Shown one piece after another: positions 10,105 to 19,919 of a stretch of 64,000 nucleotides of DNA. Location: assembly GCA_963836185.1 (NCBI GenBank), contig CAWIIQ010000003.1:448001-512000 (forward strand), in the 5' to 3' direction. The DNA comes from Candidatus Krumholzibacteriia bacterium (GTDB lineage Bacteria; Krumholzibacteriota; Krumholzibacteriia; Krumholzibacteriales; Krumholzibacteriaceae). Positions within the stretch are counted from its first letter, which is position 1. Each line of letters opens with the position of its first letter. The notes under the pieces were generated by a model that did no database searches, had not been told where the DNA came from, and worked only from the letters and a program-made list of their open reading frames with translations. The translations under genes were made by a program, and so were the position numbers.

Positions 10105-12732
10105 ATGATAGGCAAAAACATATCTCACTATACGATACTCGAGGAGCTCGGGCGGGGTGGAATGGGTGTGGTCTACCTCGCCGAGGATACAAAGCTCGAC
10201 CGGACAGTTGCGCTTAAATTTCTCGCGTCACGCGCGATAGGCGGAGAAGAGGACAGGGCACGCTTTCTCCACGAAGCGAAGGCCGCGGCAGCGCTCAGCC
10301 ATCCGAACATATGCACGATCTACGAGGTCGACGAGGCTGACGGGCAGCCGTTCATCGCGATGCAGCATGTAACAGGGCAGGACCTCGGTGATCGTATAGC
10401 GCTGGGTCCTCTCAAGATAGATGCAGTTGTAGATATCGTTCTTCAGGCTGCCGCCGGTCTCCAGGATGCCCACGAGAAGGGGATCGTTCACCGCGACATC
10501 AAGCCGGCCAACATCATGATAAGCGACAAGGGCCGGGTGAAGATCATGGACTTCGGCCTGGCCAAGGCGCTCGGACGGACGATGCTGACGAGGGCCGACT
10601 CCACGCTGGGCACTTACGCGTACATGTCTCCTGAGCAGTCGAGGGGAGATGACGTCGACAGTCGAAGCGACATATGGTCGCTCGGTGTAGTCATGTACGA
10701 GATGATAACGGGCCGACAGCCGTTCAAGGGGGATTATGAGCAGGCTGTAGTCTACTCGATCATGAACGAGGAGCCGGAACCGTTGACTGCCCTTCGTACC
10801 GGAGTATCATTGGAGCTCGAGCGCATCGTCATGAAATGCCTGCGAAAGGATCCGGGCAGGAGATACCAGGGGATGGCGGATCTGATGGCCGACCTGAAGC
10901 AGGCCGGGGAGGGTTCCGGGAGGATTGCAGGACGGAAATCCGCCTCAAGGTCTCCTGTAGCTCGCTGGCCATGGATCGCCGCGGCCGTTCTGCTCGTCGT
11001 CTCGGTGGCATTGATCGGTCCGAAGATTATCCACAGGAATCAGGAAACAACACCTGTGGATACGAGGAAGATGCTCGTCGTGCTCCCCTTCGAGAACCTC
11101 GGCTCTCCCGATGACGAATATTTCGCCGACGGGATGGCTGAGGAGATCACAAGCCGCCTGGCGGTGGTGAGCGGCCTCGGTGTGATATCGCGCACAAGCG
11201 CTGTCCAGTACGACAGCGAGGGGAAGACGCTCCGTGAGATCGGAGAGGATCTTGGCGTCGATTACGTGCTTGAGGGAACGGTGCGCTGGAGCAAAGGCGC
11301 CGAGGGAGGTAACCGCGTCAGGGTCACTCCGCAGCTTATCCAGGTATCGGACGATACGCATCTCTGGGCGGAGACGTATGACAGGGTGCTGGAAGACATT
11401 TTCGCTGTTCAATCGGAGATCGCGGAGAAGATAATCGGGCAACTCGGCGTGAAGATGCTCGAGCGTGAACGTGAACTCATCGAAGCAAGACCCACCGAGA
11501 ACCTGCTCGCATATGAGACCTACCTGCGGGGTATCAACTATGCGCGGGGTGCGGGCGCTGTCGAGGAAAGATGGGAAAAGGCGGAGACCCTGCTGAAGCA
11601 GGCGACCGAACTCGATCCAGGATTTGCGCTGGCCTACGCGAGACTGTCGATAGTCCATTCCGAATTCTACTTCTGGGGATACGACAGGACATCCGGGCGC
11701 GTGGTCAAGGCAAAAGCTGCAGCTGATAAAGCCTGCGAGATAGACCCCGGCCTTCCCGAATGTTCTGCCGCTCTTGGCTCCTATTACTACATATGTCATC
11801 AGGATTTCGAAACAGCCCTGCATTACCACTCGATCGCGTTACGCAGCATGCCAAACAATCCGGAGGAGATCGAGGCGATCGCATATATCTGGCGACGACA
11901 GGGACTTTTCGAGGAGGCCCTCGAGTATCTAGAGAAGGCGGCTGTGCTTGCTCCCGGGCAGTACTGGTACCAGATGCAGATGGGAATTACGAATATGTTC
12001 CTGAGAAGATACGAAGAGGCGGACAGGCAATTCGTCCGCTCGCTTGAGCTCGAACCGGACCAGGTCGCGTCATATACGATGCGATGGATCAACGGGCTTC
12101 TCTGGACAGGAGATATTCCCAGATCCCGTGCGATACTTGAAGCGGCCCCTCAAGCGAGGTGGAATGAGCTGGCGGTGGGTTTCTACAGCCAGTGTATGGC
12201 GGAGAGGGATCCCGAGGGGGCTCTCAGGGAACTCAGGGTGATGCCTGAGACAGAGACTTACTTCTTTGGCAGGGATCTCACTGTCCGGCCTCTCCTCGAA
12301 GGATTAGCATACAGGATGATGGGTGACTCCTCCATGGCTCGCGAGCGATTCAGGTCGGCTGAGGTTATCCTGGAAGAACGGGCTGGTAATAGCGGAGGCG
12401 ACAGGGTGCTGGAAAGCACTGTCCGCAGTTCTCTCGGTAAGGCCTACGCCGGTCTCGGGCGAAAAGATGACGCTATCCGTGAGGGGCAGCGGGCCATTGA
12501 GCTTGTGAAATGGGACAAGCTTCTGTCGAAATACAGGATTTGGGATATGGCAGTCATATATATCATGGTCGGTGAATATGATGCGGCAATGGATAATCTC
12601 GAGCATCTTCTCTCTACGCCTGCCCTCGTTTCAGTTCCACACATTGTTGCCTCATCAATGGTCGATCCGATCCGCGAGCTTCCCCGTTACAAGAATATCA
12701 TCAGAAAGTACTCCGGGAGGGGCGGTTCATGA
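10105..12732 (+). CDS. Ser/Thr protein kinase with TM helix, TolB-N-like domain and TPRs
   Basis: GRGGMG, VALK, HRDIKPAN, DFG, YMSPE; VLPFENL...YFADGMAEEI domain; TPR helices. Confidence 0.95.
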   Translation: MIGKNISHYTILEELGRGGMGVVYLAEDTKLDRTVALKFLASRAIGGEEDRARFLHEAKAAAALSHPNICTIYEVDEADGQPFIAMQHVTGQDLGDRIALGPLKIDAVVDIVLQAAAGLQDAHEKGIVHRDIKPANIMISDKGRVKIMDFGLAKALGRTMLTRADSTLGTYAYMSPEQSRGDDVDSRSDIWSLGVVMYEMITGRQPFKGDYEQAVVYSIMNEEPEPLTALRTGVSLELERIVMKCLRKDPGRRYQGMADLMADLKQAGEGSGRIAGRKSASRSPVARWPWIAAAVLLVVSVALIGPKIIHRNQETTPVDTRKMLVVLPFENLGSPDDEYFADGMAEEITSRLAVVSGLGVISRTSAVQYDSEGKTLREIGEDLGVDYVLEGTVRWSKGAEGGNRVRVTPQLIQVSDDTHLWAETYDRVLEDIFAVQSEIAEKIIGQLGVKMLERERELIEARPTENLLAYETYLRGINYARGAGAVEERWEKAETLLKQATELDPGFALAYARLSIVHSEFYFWGYDRTSGRVVKAKAAADKACEIDPGLPECSAALGSYYYICHQDFETALHYHSIALRSMPNNPEEIEAIAYIWRRQGLFEEALEYLEKAAVLAPGQYWYQMQMGITNMFLRRYEEADRQFVRSLELEPDQVASYTMRWINGLLWTGDIPRSRAILEAAPQARWNELAVGFYSQCMAERDPEGALRELRVMPETETYFFGRDLTVRPLLEGLAYRMMGDSSMARERFRSAEVILEERAGNSGGDRVLESTVRSSLGKAYAGLGRKDDAIREGQRAIELVKWDKLLSKYRIWDMAVIYIMVGEYDAAMDNLEHLLSTPALVSVPHIVASSMVDPIRELPRYKNIIRKYSGRGGS

Positions 12733-14543
12733 AAGGCGGAGAGAATACCCTGACGATCTGCGGTGTCTTCTCCGAATCGGTCCGTCTCCACAGCGACAAG
12801 ACCGCGCTTCAGTACAAGGACAGCACAGGGAAGTACCGGGGGATCAGCTACGGGGAGCTCGACCGGCTTTCCGGCCAGCTCGCCTCTTCGCTGCGCGGGC
12901 TGGGAGTCAGGCGGGGAGACAGGGTCGCCGTCATCTCATACCACGGCCCCGAGTGGGTCATAGCCGACCTTGCCGTACTCAAACTCGGAGCTGTCATCGT
13001 TCCTGTCTATCATACGCTGACACCATCGGCGATGAGCTATATACTCTCCGACGCCGGATGCAGACTCGTCTTTGTCGAGAACGCACTGATGCTTTCGTCA
13101 GTCGATGCGGTCAAGGAGGATCTGCCCACTCTCGAGCACGCCGTGATGTTCGAGGACGAGGGAGAATGCAGGAGGGACACCTGCCTCTATATCAAGGATC
13201 TTATCGATGGTGGTCATGGGACGGGCGAGACCACGATAGATCTGCCTGATGTATCTCCAGATGATACCGCCACGATAGTCTATACGTCGGGCACCACGGG
13301 TGAGCCGAAGGGCGTGGTCCTCTCGCACGGGAACATCGCCTCTAACGCGCTGGCTATCGCGGCGAGATTCAGGGTCAACAGCGAGGATTCCTTCCTCTCG
13401 TTCCTGCCCCTCTGCCACATGCTCGAGAAGACGTGCGGTTACTATGCGATGCTGTTCAGTGGGGTGACAATAGCTTACGCGGGTGACCTGACGACGATAG
13501 TCGATGACGTTCAGACGATAAGGCCTACGATCCTGATAATAGTGCCTCGTGTCGTCGAGAAGATATATGAAGCGGTCGAGAAGAAGGTGCTGGATAGCTC
13601 CGTTGTCAGGCGAAGCATGGTCCTTGGCGCGATCCGTGTGCTGAACGAGCGCACCAACCGCGAGTACAGGGGGGAGAGTATCTCTCCGTCACTGAGATTC
13701 AGGGCAGCGCTTGCTGACCGGTTCGTCGCATCGAAGTTCAGGATGATCGCCGGCGGAAGGGTCCGCCTGCTTGTCTCGGGGGGCGCCCCCCTCGACAGGG
13801 GGCTGGCCAAGACGCTCCTTGTCCTTGGATTCAATATCCTCGAAGGGTACGGGTTGACAGAGGCGTCGCCTGTGGTCGCTTCGGCGCTGCTCGAGGACAA
13901 CAGGCTCGGCACGGTCGGCAAGCCTCTCGATGGTGTCGACATAAGGATCGGCGGCGACGACGAGATTCTCGTGCGCGGCCCGAACGTCATGAAGGGATAT
14001 TTTAACAGACCGGATGAGACGGCTAAGGTGATAGATTCCGACGGGTGGCTTCATACGGGTGACCAGGGAAGGTTCGACGAGCAGGGCAACCTGATAATAA
14101 CGGGCAGGATCAAGGAACTGATTGTCACTTCGTACGGGAAGAATGTCGCCCCGGTCCCTATCGAGGCGGAGATCACTAAGAGCCCGTACATCGACCAGGC
14201 GCTTCTGTACGGCGACAATAGAAAATACATAACGGCGCTTGTCGTTCCCGAGAAATGCGCCATCGAGGGTTACGCGCGGGAGAACGACCTGATCTCGACC
14301 GGGTACGAGGAACTTCTCGGGAGCGGCGAGATCAGGAAACTGATCGCGGGTGAGATCGAGAAGGCTACGGCTGACCGTGCCAGGTACGAGAAGGTCAAAT
14401 CGTTCTCCATCGTGCCGGAGAGCTTCACCGTCGCTAACAAGCTCCTTACGCCGACTCTGAAACTGAGAAGAAAACGTGTGATAGATAAATACAGTGACGT
14501 GATCGCGGCCATGTACGACGGCCGGGATGGAGGGACGGGATGA
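12729..14543 (+). CDS. Long-chain fatty acid-CoA ligase (AMP-binding)
   Basis: YTSGTTGEPKG, EGYGLTE, WLHTGD, TPTLKL motifs; ATGA overlap with kinase. Confidence 0.92.
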   Translation: MKGGENTLTICGVFSESVRLHSDKTALQYKDSTGKYRGISYGELDRLSGQLASSLRGLGVRRGDRVAVISYHGPEWVIADLAVLKLGAVIVPVYHTLTPSAMSYILSDAGCRLVFVENALMLSSVDAVKEDLPTLEHAVMFEDEGECRRDTCLYIKDLIDGGHGTGETTIDLPDVSPDDTATIVYTSGTTGEPKGVVLSHGNIASNALAIAARFRVNSEDSFLSFLPLCHMLEKTCGYYAMLFSGVTIAYAGDLTTIVDDVQTIRPTILIIVPRVVEKIYEAVEKKVLDSSVVRRSMVLGAIRVLNERTNREYRGESISPSLRFRAALADRFVASKFRMIAGGRVRLLVSGGAPLDRGLAKTLLVLGFNILEGYGLTEASPVVASALLEDNRLGTVGKPLDGVDIRIGGDDEILVRGPNVMKGYFNRPDETAKVIDSDGWLHTGDQGRFDEQGNLIITGRIKELIVTSYGKNVAPVPIEAEITKSPYIDQALLYGDNRKYITALVVPEKCAIEGYARENDLISTGYEELLGSGEIRKLIAGEIEKATADRARYEKVKSFSIVPESFTVANKLLTPTLKLRRKRVIDKYSDVIAAMYDGRDGGTG

Positions 14544-15637
14544 ACGGAACACTCTTTATGACGGGAGTGACCGGGTATATAGGTTCGAGCCTTCTGCAGA
14601 AGTACCTCGATGAAACAGAGATGGAGATCGATCTTCTCGTCCGAGGCCGGCGCGAGAAGAGCCCGGGCGACAGGCTGGATGCAGTGTTGGCGGAGCTATA
14701 CCCCGGAGATGATACGGGGAGATACGCGGAGAGGATCAGGGTGCACGAGGGGGATCTCGCCTTTGAGAACCTCGGGCTCGACAAGAATGAATACAGCGAT
14801 CTCGCTTCACGGACCACGCGAATCATCCACTGCGCGGCGGCCGCCCGGTTCGATCTCGACCTGGAGGACGCGCGCTCGATCAATGTCGGAGGTACCCGCA
14901 ACATGCTCGATCTGGCGCAGTCGTGCACCGGCCTCGAGAAGTTCGACTATATAGGCACAGCATACGTTTCAGGCGGCAGGAACGGGCTTATCCTCGAGGA
15001 CGAACTCGACACCGGACAGGAGCACCGTAATACGTACGAGCGGAGCAAGATGGAAGCGGAGAAGGTCGTACGCGGACACTTCGGAGAACTGCCGATAACC
15101 GTCATGCGCCCCAGTATCGTGATCTGCGACTCGAAGACGGGCCGTGCTTCCGACTTCAACGGGTTCTACAGAGCGCTGCGGCTCTACTGGCACGGATTGA
15201 TGAAGATGCTCCCGGGCGATCCGTCGTGCCGGATGGATCTCGTTCCGGTCGATTACGTGACCGACGCAATATTTGCCCTTTCCGGAAGCGAGGCAAGTAT
15301 CGGCAGGGGGTATCATCTGACGACCGGGGCTGAAAAGGCTGCGACTCTTGCTGAGATCAGTGATCTGTCAGCCGAGCATTTTGGGCTGGATCCATTCACG
15401 ATAATCCCTCCCGAACATTTTCTCGCCGGGCTGTCGGCGAGAAAAAGTGAGCTGACCGATGACGAGAAACAGGCGGCGGAGGAACTGAAGCTGTACATGC
15501 CCTATCTCAGCACGAAGATGTCTTTCGACAATTCAGGCGCTGTCCGGGACGCCGGACTCGAACCACCGCCTGTAGGTGAGTACTTCGGCACGATGGCCCG
15601 CTATATCAAGGAGCGTGAGCCCCGGGGCCTCGCTTGA
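14540..15637 (+). CDS. Extended SDR thioester/fatty acyl-CoA reductase-like (NAD_binding_4)
   Basis: TGVTGYIG, IIHCAA, NTYERSK, RPSIV, LVPVDYV; ATGA overlap with ligase. Confidence 0.88.
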   Translation: MNGTLFMTGVTGYIGSSLLQKYLDETEMEIDLLVRGRREKSPGDRLDAVLAELYPGDDTGRYAERIRVHEGDLAFENLGLDKNEYSDLASRTTRIIHCAAAARFDLDLEDARSINVGGTRNMLDLAQSCTGLEKFDYIGTAYVSGGRNGLILEDELDTGQEHRNTYERSKMEAEKVVRGHFGELPITVMRPSIVICDSKTGRASDFNGFYRALRLYWHGLMKMLPGDPSCRMDLVPVDYVTDAIFALSGSEASIGRGYHLTTGAEKAATLAEISDLSAEHFGLDPFTIIPPEHFLAGLSARKSELTDDEKQAAEELKLYMPYLSTKMSFDNSGAVRDAGLEPPPVGEYFGTMARYIKEREPRGLA

Positions 15638-15704
15638 TCCGGAATGTCGACGGGCAGGACTTTTCCGGTACCTGCCTGAGAACACAACCTGTATAATCCG
15701 CTGC

Positions 15705-16853
15705 ATGACAGATAATGGACTTTCCGCGGCAAACGGTCCTGTCCGAGGCTTGAGCGTGACCGTGGTCACTATAATCTGCACGCTTTTCGTCTTCGTGCTG
15801 GCGCGCAGCGTCGATCCGATGACCTCGGACCATCCGGCGTTCGGCGCGGGCGGCGACCACCTGTACTATATCGCGATGGCTGAGGAGCCGGGCGGAGAGT
15901 ACCAGGCGCCATTCTGCTTTCGCGTGCTGACGCCGGCGCTGGCCAGGCTGATGCCATTCGGGACCGCCGACAGTTTCTATTTCCTCACAGTCATCTTTCT
16001 TGTCGGAACCGGCGTGCTCGCCTACTACATCGTTCTTGAGACGGCGAAAGACGGTTATCTCGCGCTGGCAGGTATTGCCATCTTCTATTCCCTCAGCGCC
16101 GCGGCGAAGTTCTGTCTCTACGATTTCTGGCTGACTGAACCGGCTCTCTTCTTCTTCAGCACGCTCGCCGTGCTTCTACTGCTGAAAAACCATGACATAT
16201 GGCTCAGTGTCGCGCTTGCCGTCGCCGTTCTTGCCAAGGAGAGCGCGCTATTTCTCATTCCGCTCGTCTATGCGGTCAGGGCGGAGAGTCTCTTTGACAG
16301 GAAGGCTGCGGTTCGCGCTCTGGCAGTGGCCGTCCTGCCTGTCATCGTCTATCTCGGTGTCCGGATGGTGGTGCCGTCGCTCCCGCAGTCATCTCCGGCC
16401 GAACTTTTCAGGGTGGTCGGCCTCGCGCGGTTGATCGAAGGCCTGGCAGGTTTCCTTCGCGGCGGCACGGTGGGAACGTGGGGAGTCCTGATACCGGCCC
16501 TGATCCTGCTTTCGGGAAAGAAGGGGGGCAGGATCCTGCTGCGCGCACTGCCGTTCCTTATCCTCGTCTACATCCAGCCCCTGTTCGCGAAGAATGTAGA
16601 CCGGCTTCTCGTCTTTGCATTCATAGCAATGATCCCTGCCTCCGTGGAGGGATTACGCAGGATGACAGACCGGTTTCTGCTTTCACGATGGATGGCGGGC
16701 GGATTCATCATCATCCCATTCATCCTTACCGCGCTGAAGAGCGGATACAACCCCCCCAGCCCCGAGCAGCAGCTCGCCGTGCTGGCTGGATGGACCACGA
16801 TCGTCGCGATATCTGTCTCCGTGAGGAAAAAGAAAACGGGACTCGAACCCTGA
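15705..16853 (+). CDS. Polytopic membrane protein, GT-C glycosyltransferase-like
   Basis: First loop GDHLYYIAMA...APFCFRVLTP, TEP and LAKES motifs, many TM helices. Confidence 0.6.
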   Translation: MTDNGLSAANGPVRGLSVTVVTIICTLFVFVLARSVDPMTSDHPAFGAGGDHLYYIAMAEEPGGEYQAPFCFRVLTPALARLMPFGTADSFYFLTVIFLVGTGVLAYYIVLETAKDGYLALAGIAIFYSLSAAAKFCLYDFWLTEPALFFFSTLAVLLLLKNHDIWLSVALAVAVLAKESALFLIPLVYAVRAESLFDRKAAVRALAVAVLPVIVYLGVRMVVPSLPQSSPAELFRVVGLARLIEGLAGFLRGGTVGTWGVLIPALILLSGKKGGRILLRALPFLILVYIQPLFAKNVDRLLVFAFIAMIPASVEGLRRMTDRFLLSRWMAGGFIIIPFILTALKSGYNPPSPEQQLAVLAGWTTIVAISVSVRKKKTGLEP

Positions 16854-16918
16854 GGTCCGGCCCCGTTTTCCCTGAAGACTCATGTTCTTCAGCAGGAACA
16901 ACGCGATACAGCCAGGTG

Positions 16919-17878
16919 CTATTTCTTGATCTTCGCTCTGCCCGTACCTGTACTTATCTCTATCTTCCTCGCGCCGCTTCCCTTTGTGAACCATTTCCGG
17001 ATGTACGTTTCGTCGTTGCGCTCGTACTCTTCCTCGTCCTCAAAATCGAAAGAGGATGATATCTTGCCGTCCCGTTTTCTTGCCGACATCACGACGTGCG
17101 CGTCCAGGTCGGAGCCTCCGCATTCGATGGTGGCCCTGCCTGTCCCCGAGCTTATCTCGAGTTCGTAGGATTCCCCTTCGGGGAGGTCGATCGTGGCATT
17201 TCCCGTTCCGGACGAGAACTCACCAAAATCCTTCAGCGCCAGGCCGGACGCTTCGACGTGGCCCGTTCCTGAATTCGCGTCGAAATCACCCTTTGAGTTG
17301 CTGATCTCTACATCGCCCGTTCCTGAGGAGGCATCGAAGTTTCCGTCCGCGTCTTTGACAGTGACATCGCCGGTGCCGGAGCTGAGCTCGAATTCACCAT
17401 CGGCATCCGACAATATGATATCACCTGTGCCGCTGCTCGCTTCGATGTCGCCTTTGAATCCCGAGATGACGATCGAGCCAGTTCCTGAACTGGCATCCAG
17501 TTCTCCGCTGAGCCCGGAAGCTTTCAATCCGCCGGTAGCGGAACTGAACTCTATTTCGATTCCTTTGGGCACAACGATGACCCATTCCGACTCGCCCTTG
17601 ACATCATTTCCATCGATGTCTTCCTCGACTGACAGGGAGCCGCCCCTCTCCTTGAACTTAACCTCGAACTCGTCGTCATCGTACGTGTACTCGACGCGGA
17701 TCTGGATGTCGCTTCCGCTGCCCTGCTTGATGACGCAGTCGCCGAGAACGGTCTTCACCTTCAGCGTCTCGACCCGGTCGAACGTCTTCTCGATCACCTT
17801 CGCCTTTTTCGCGAAAGCGGCCGATGACAGTGAGCATACGATCATGACGAGCACGAGTATCCCCAGAGTCCTTTTCAT
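16919..17878 (-). CDS. DUF4097-like beta-strand repeat protein
   Basis: Signal peptide; about 19-aa repeats with (A/S)SSGTGxxx. Confidence 0.85.
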   Translation of the reverse strand: MKRTLGILVLVMIVCSLSSAAFAKKAKVIEKTFDRVETLKVKTVLGDCVIKQGSGSDIQIRVEYTYDDDEFEVKFKERGGSLSVEEDIDGNDVKGESEWVIVVPKGIEIEFSSATGGLKASGLSGELDASSGTGSIVISGFKGDIEASSGTGDIILSDADGEFELSSGTGDVTVKDADGNFDASSGTGDVEISNSKGDFDANSGTGHVEASGLALKDFGEFSSGTGNATIDLPEGESYELEISSGTGRATIECGGSDLDAHVVMSARKRDGKISSSFDFEDEEEYERNDETYIRKWFTKGSGARKIEISTGTGRAKIKK

Positions 17879-18069
17879 CGCTCCTCCTTCTGTGAGCGTA
17901 AATTTCCGGATACGCAATACAGCCACATATATAGGTACGAAGCAGGAGGGATCCTGTTGCACAGGAAAAGTGGAATCATTGGATATTGTTGATTATAAGA
18001 GAGATAAAGGCGGTGGGTGCCGCCGGCCGCTCACGTCTGACCGGCAGCAATGTCGCAGATCATCGCTGA

Positions 18070-18507
18070 TCAGTCTTTCAGGTCCCACCATCCATACCAG
18101 TTGACGTAGATGATCACTTTCTGATCCATAACATCGTTTCCGTCGAACATCTGTTTTTCCCAGGCGTACTCCGCGCCGAGGGATCCCGAGAGACCGGATG
18201 CCACGAAGGTATCCAGTGATATTCCAAGTGTCGGGCCCATGAGGTTGTTCCACGGCAATCCTTCGGTATCCCACTTGAAACGCAGCTTCGCGTAGGTGTT
18301 CAATGACGTGTTGCCCCACTTGCCCCAGTCGAGGCCCTGTTTGATCCAGCCGTCAAGCACGAGGTTCTCAACACCTTCCTTCGGAATCTCATACCTCAGC
18401 TCACCCCAGGAAGCTCCGCGCAGTCCCGCGATCTCCGCACGTGCTCCTCCGGTGCCGGCCACCATCATGAGCAGCAGCACCAGAATTCCACCGATAAACC
18501 GGTTCAT
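18070..18507 (-). CDS. Small secreted Trp-rich protein, probable outer-membrane beta-barrel
   Basis: AAGGAG RBS, signal peptide ending ARA, alternating strands, terminal YVNWYGWWDLKD. Confidence 0.6.
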   Translation of the reverse strand: MNRFIGGILVLLLMMVAGTGGARAEIAGLRGASWGELRYEIPKEGVENLVLDGWIKQGLDWGKWGNTSLNTYAKLRFKWDTEGLPWNNLMGPTLGISLDTFVASGLSGSLGAEYAWEKQMFDGNDVMDQKVIIYVNWYGWWDLKD

Positions 18508-18509
18508 TG

Positions 18510-19919
18510 TTATCTCCTTCCGAAAACCAGGGCGTGTGTCTCGCCCCACGAATGCTCAATAGTAAAATCCTCGAGCAGCCTGCAGTCACCATCCAGGATG
18601 TCCCGGAAGCTCTCGCTCGGGTATTGCTTCCCGTAGTAATCGTCCTCGCAGATGACGAAATCGACCCGCTTGTCGAGTCTGCGTGCATCCTCGTCGCCGC
18701 GGATGAACCACGTTATATGGTCGAACCTCGCACCGGGATATTTCGACTCGAGGGCGTATTCGTACATGACTCCGTCCCAGCCGTTCGTCGCGACGGTCAT
18801 GCCGTCAAATCCGTTGTACATGAGGTATTCGATGACGGGACTGACGTCGGGGTGCTGCTTCTCGAGCCACCTGAGGTTGTTGATCCCGTATGCCCACACG
18901 ACGGTGACGACAGAAACGGTGAAGAAGACCTTCACCGCGCGGCTCGTCTCACGCATCGAGAAGAGGTGCGCTATGTGGTCTATTCCCATCGCGCCGGCGG
19001 GGGCGAGGAAGAGCAGGGCGAATACGACATTCTTGTTCACCGATGCCTCTGCCCTCGTGATAATGTGAATAAGGAGAATCGGCATCGAGGCGAGTATAAG
19101 CAGGGCGGCAAGATGCCTGTACCTCTCGTGAAAGAGGCCGAAGGCGGCGAGCAGGTAAGCGAGCGAGAGCCAGCGGAAGGTCCAGTCGAATATCGTCGCC
19201 AACGGCATATTCGAGGCCTCCCTGGCATTCTCGATCTGGTAGATCACCTGCGGATTCGGTGGATATGGAGTAAGCCAGAAAAAGAGTGTCATGAATATGG
19301 TCAGCGGCGCGAGTCCGAAGAGGACCGACTTCATCGCGCCGTGCCTCAGGATGACATATATCAGGAACGCGGGAATGAATACCGGCAGAAGGTACTTCGT
19401 TATCGCCGCGAGGCAGAGCAGGATCGTCGCCGTGACCAGTGCCGCCGCCTCGAATCCGGCCGAGCCGGCCTTGTGAGCTGCGACCGTCATAAGCAGGGCC
19501 CCTCCGAGGAAGAGGGCCGCCGTCATGTCGTATGTCGCCAGTTTCATCAGGTAGAGGGCCTGTCCGGAGAACATGAATATCGCGGCTGCCAGCAGTCCGA
19601 GGTCCCTGCCGGCGAGCATCCTCGTCGCTAGGTATATACAGCCGGTAAGCATCAGCCCCAGGATGATGTTCATCATCCTGGCGCCGTAGAGCCCGCCGAA
19701 CGAGTCGCCGAACGAGGCGAACAGCGGCCACGTCATCACCGACCCGGTATGTGCGGGGCAGCCGGGGCAGTATTCGCCGGCGACGAGCTGGCGCCCCATC
19801 ACGATGTGATAAGCCTCGTCGACGAAGACCGAGTTATAGTCGAGCTTCACCAGGCTGATCACAAGGCCGTAGGCGAGGATGCCGCCAAGGAGGATGTAAT
19901 GTATCCTTCGCGATCTCAT
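18510..19919 (-). CDS. GT-C superfamily (PMT/ArnT-like) glycosyltransferase
   Basis: FVDEAYH acidic motif after TM1, LATYD, ITKY, multiple TM helices; TAATG overlap with upstream GT2. Confidence 0.85.
   Translation of the reverse strand: MRSRRIHYILLGGILAYGLVISLVKLDYNSVFVDEAYHIVMGRQLVAGEYCPGCPAHTGSVMTWPLFASFGDSFGGLYGARMMNIILGLMLTGCIYLATRMLAGRDLGLLAAAIFMFSGQALYLMKLATYDMTAALFLGGALLMTVAAHKAGSAGFEAAALVTATILLCLAAITKYLLPVFIPAFLIYVILRHGAMKSVLFGLAPLTIFMTLFFWLTPYPPNPQVIYQIENAREASNMPLATIFDWTFRWLSLAYLLAAFGLFHERYRHLAALLILASMPILLIHIITRAEASVNKNVVFALLFLAPAGAMGIDHIAHLFSMRETSRAVKVFFTVSVVTVVWAYGINNLRWLEKQHPDVSPVIEYLMYNGFDGMTVATNGWDGVMYEYALESKYPGARFDHITWFIRGDEDARRLDKRVDFVICEDDYYGKQYPSESFRDILDGDCRLLEDFTIEHSWGETHALVFGRR

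Noticed and set aside
17193-18104. 303-aa plus-strand ORF with SPVPE repeats
   Set aside because: Antisense shadow of the DUF4097-like repeat gene.
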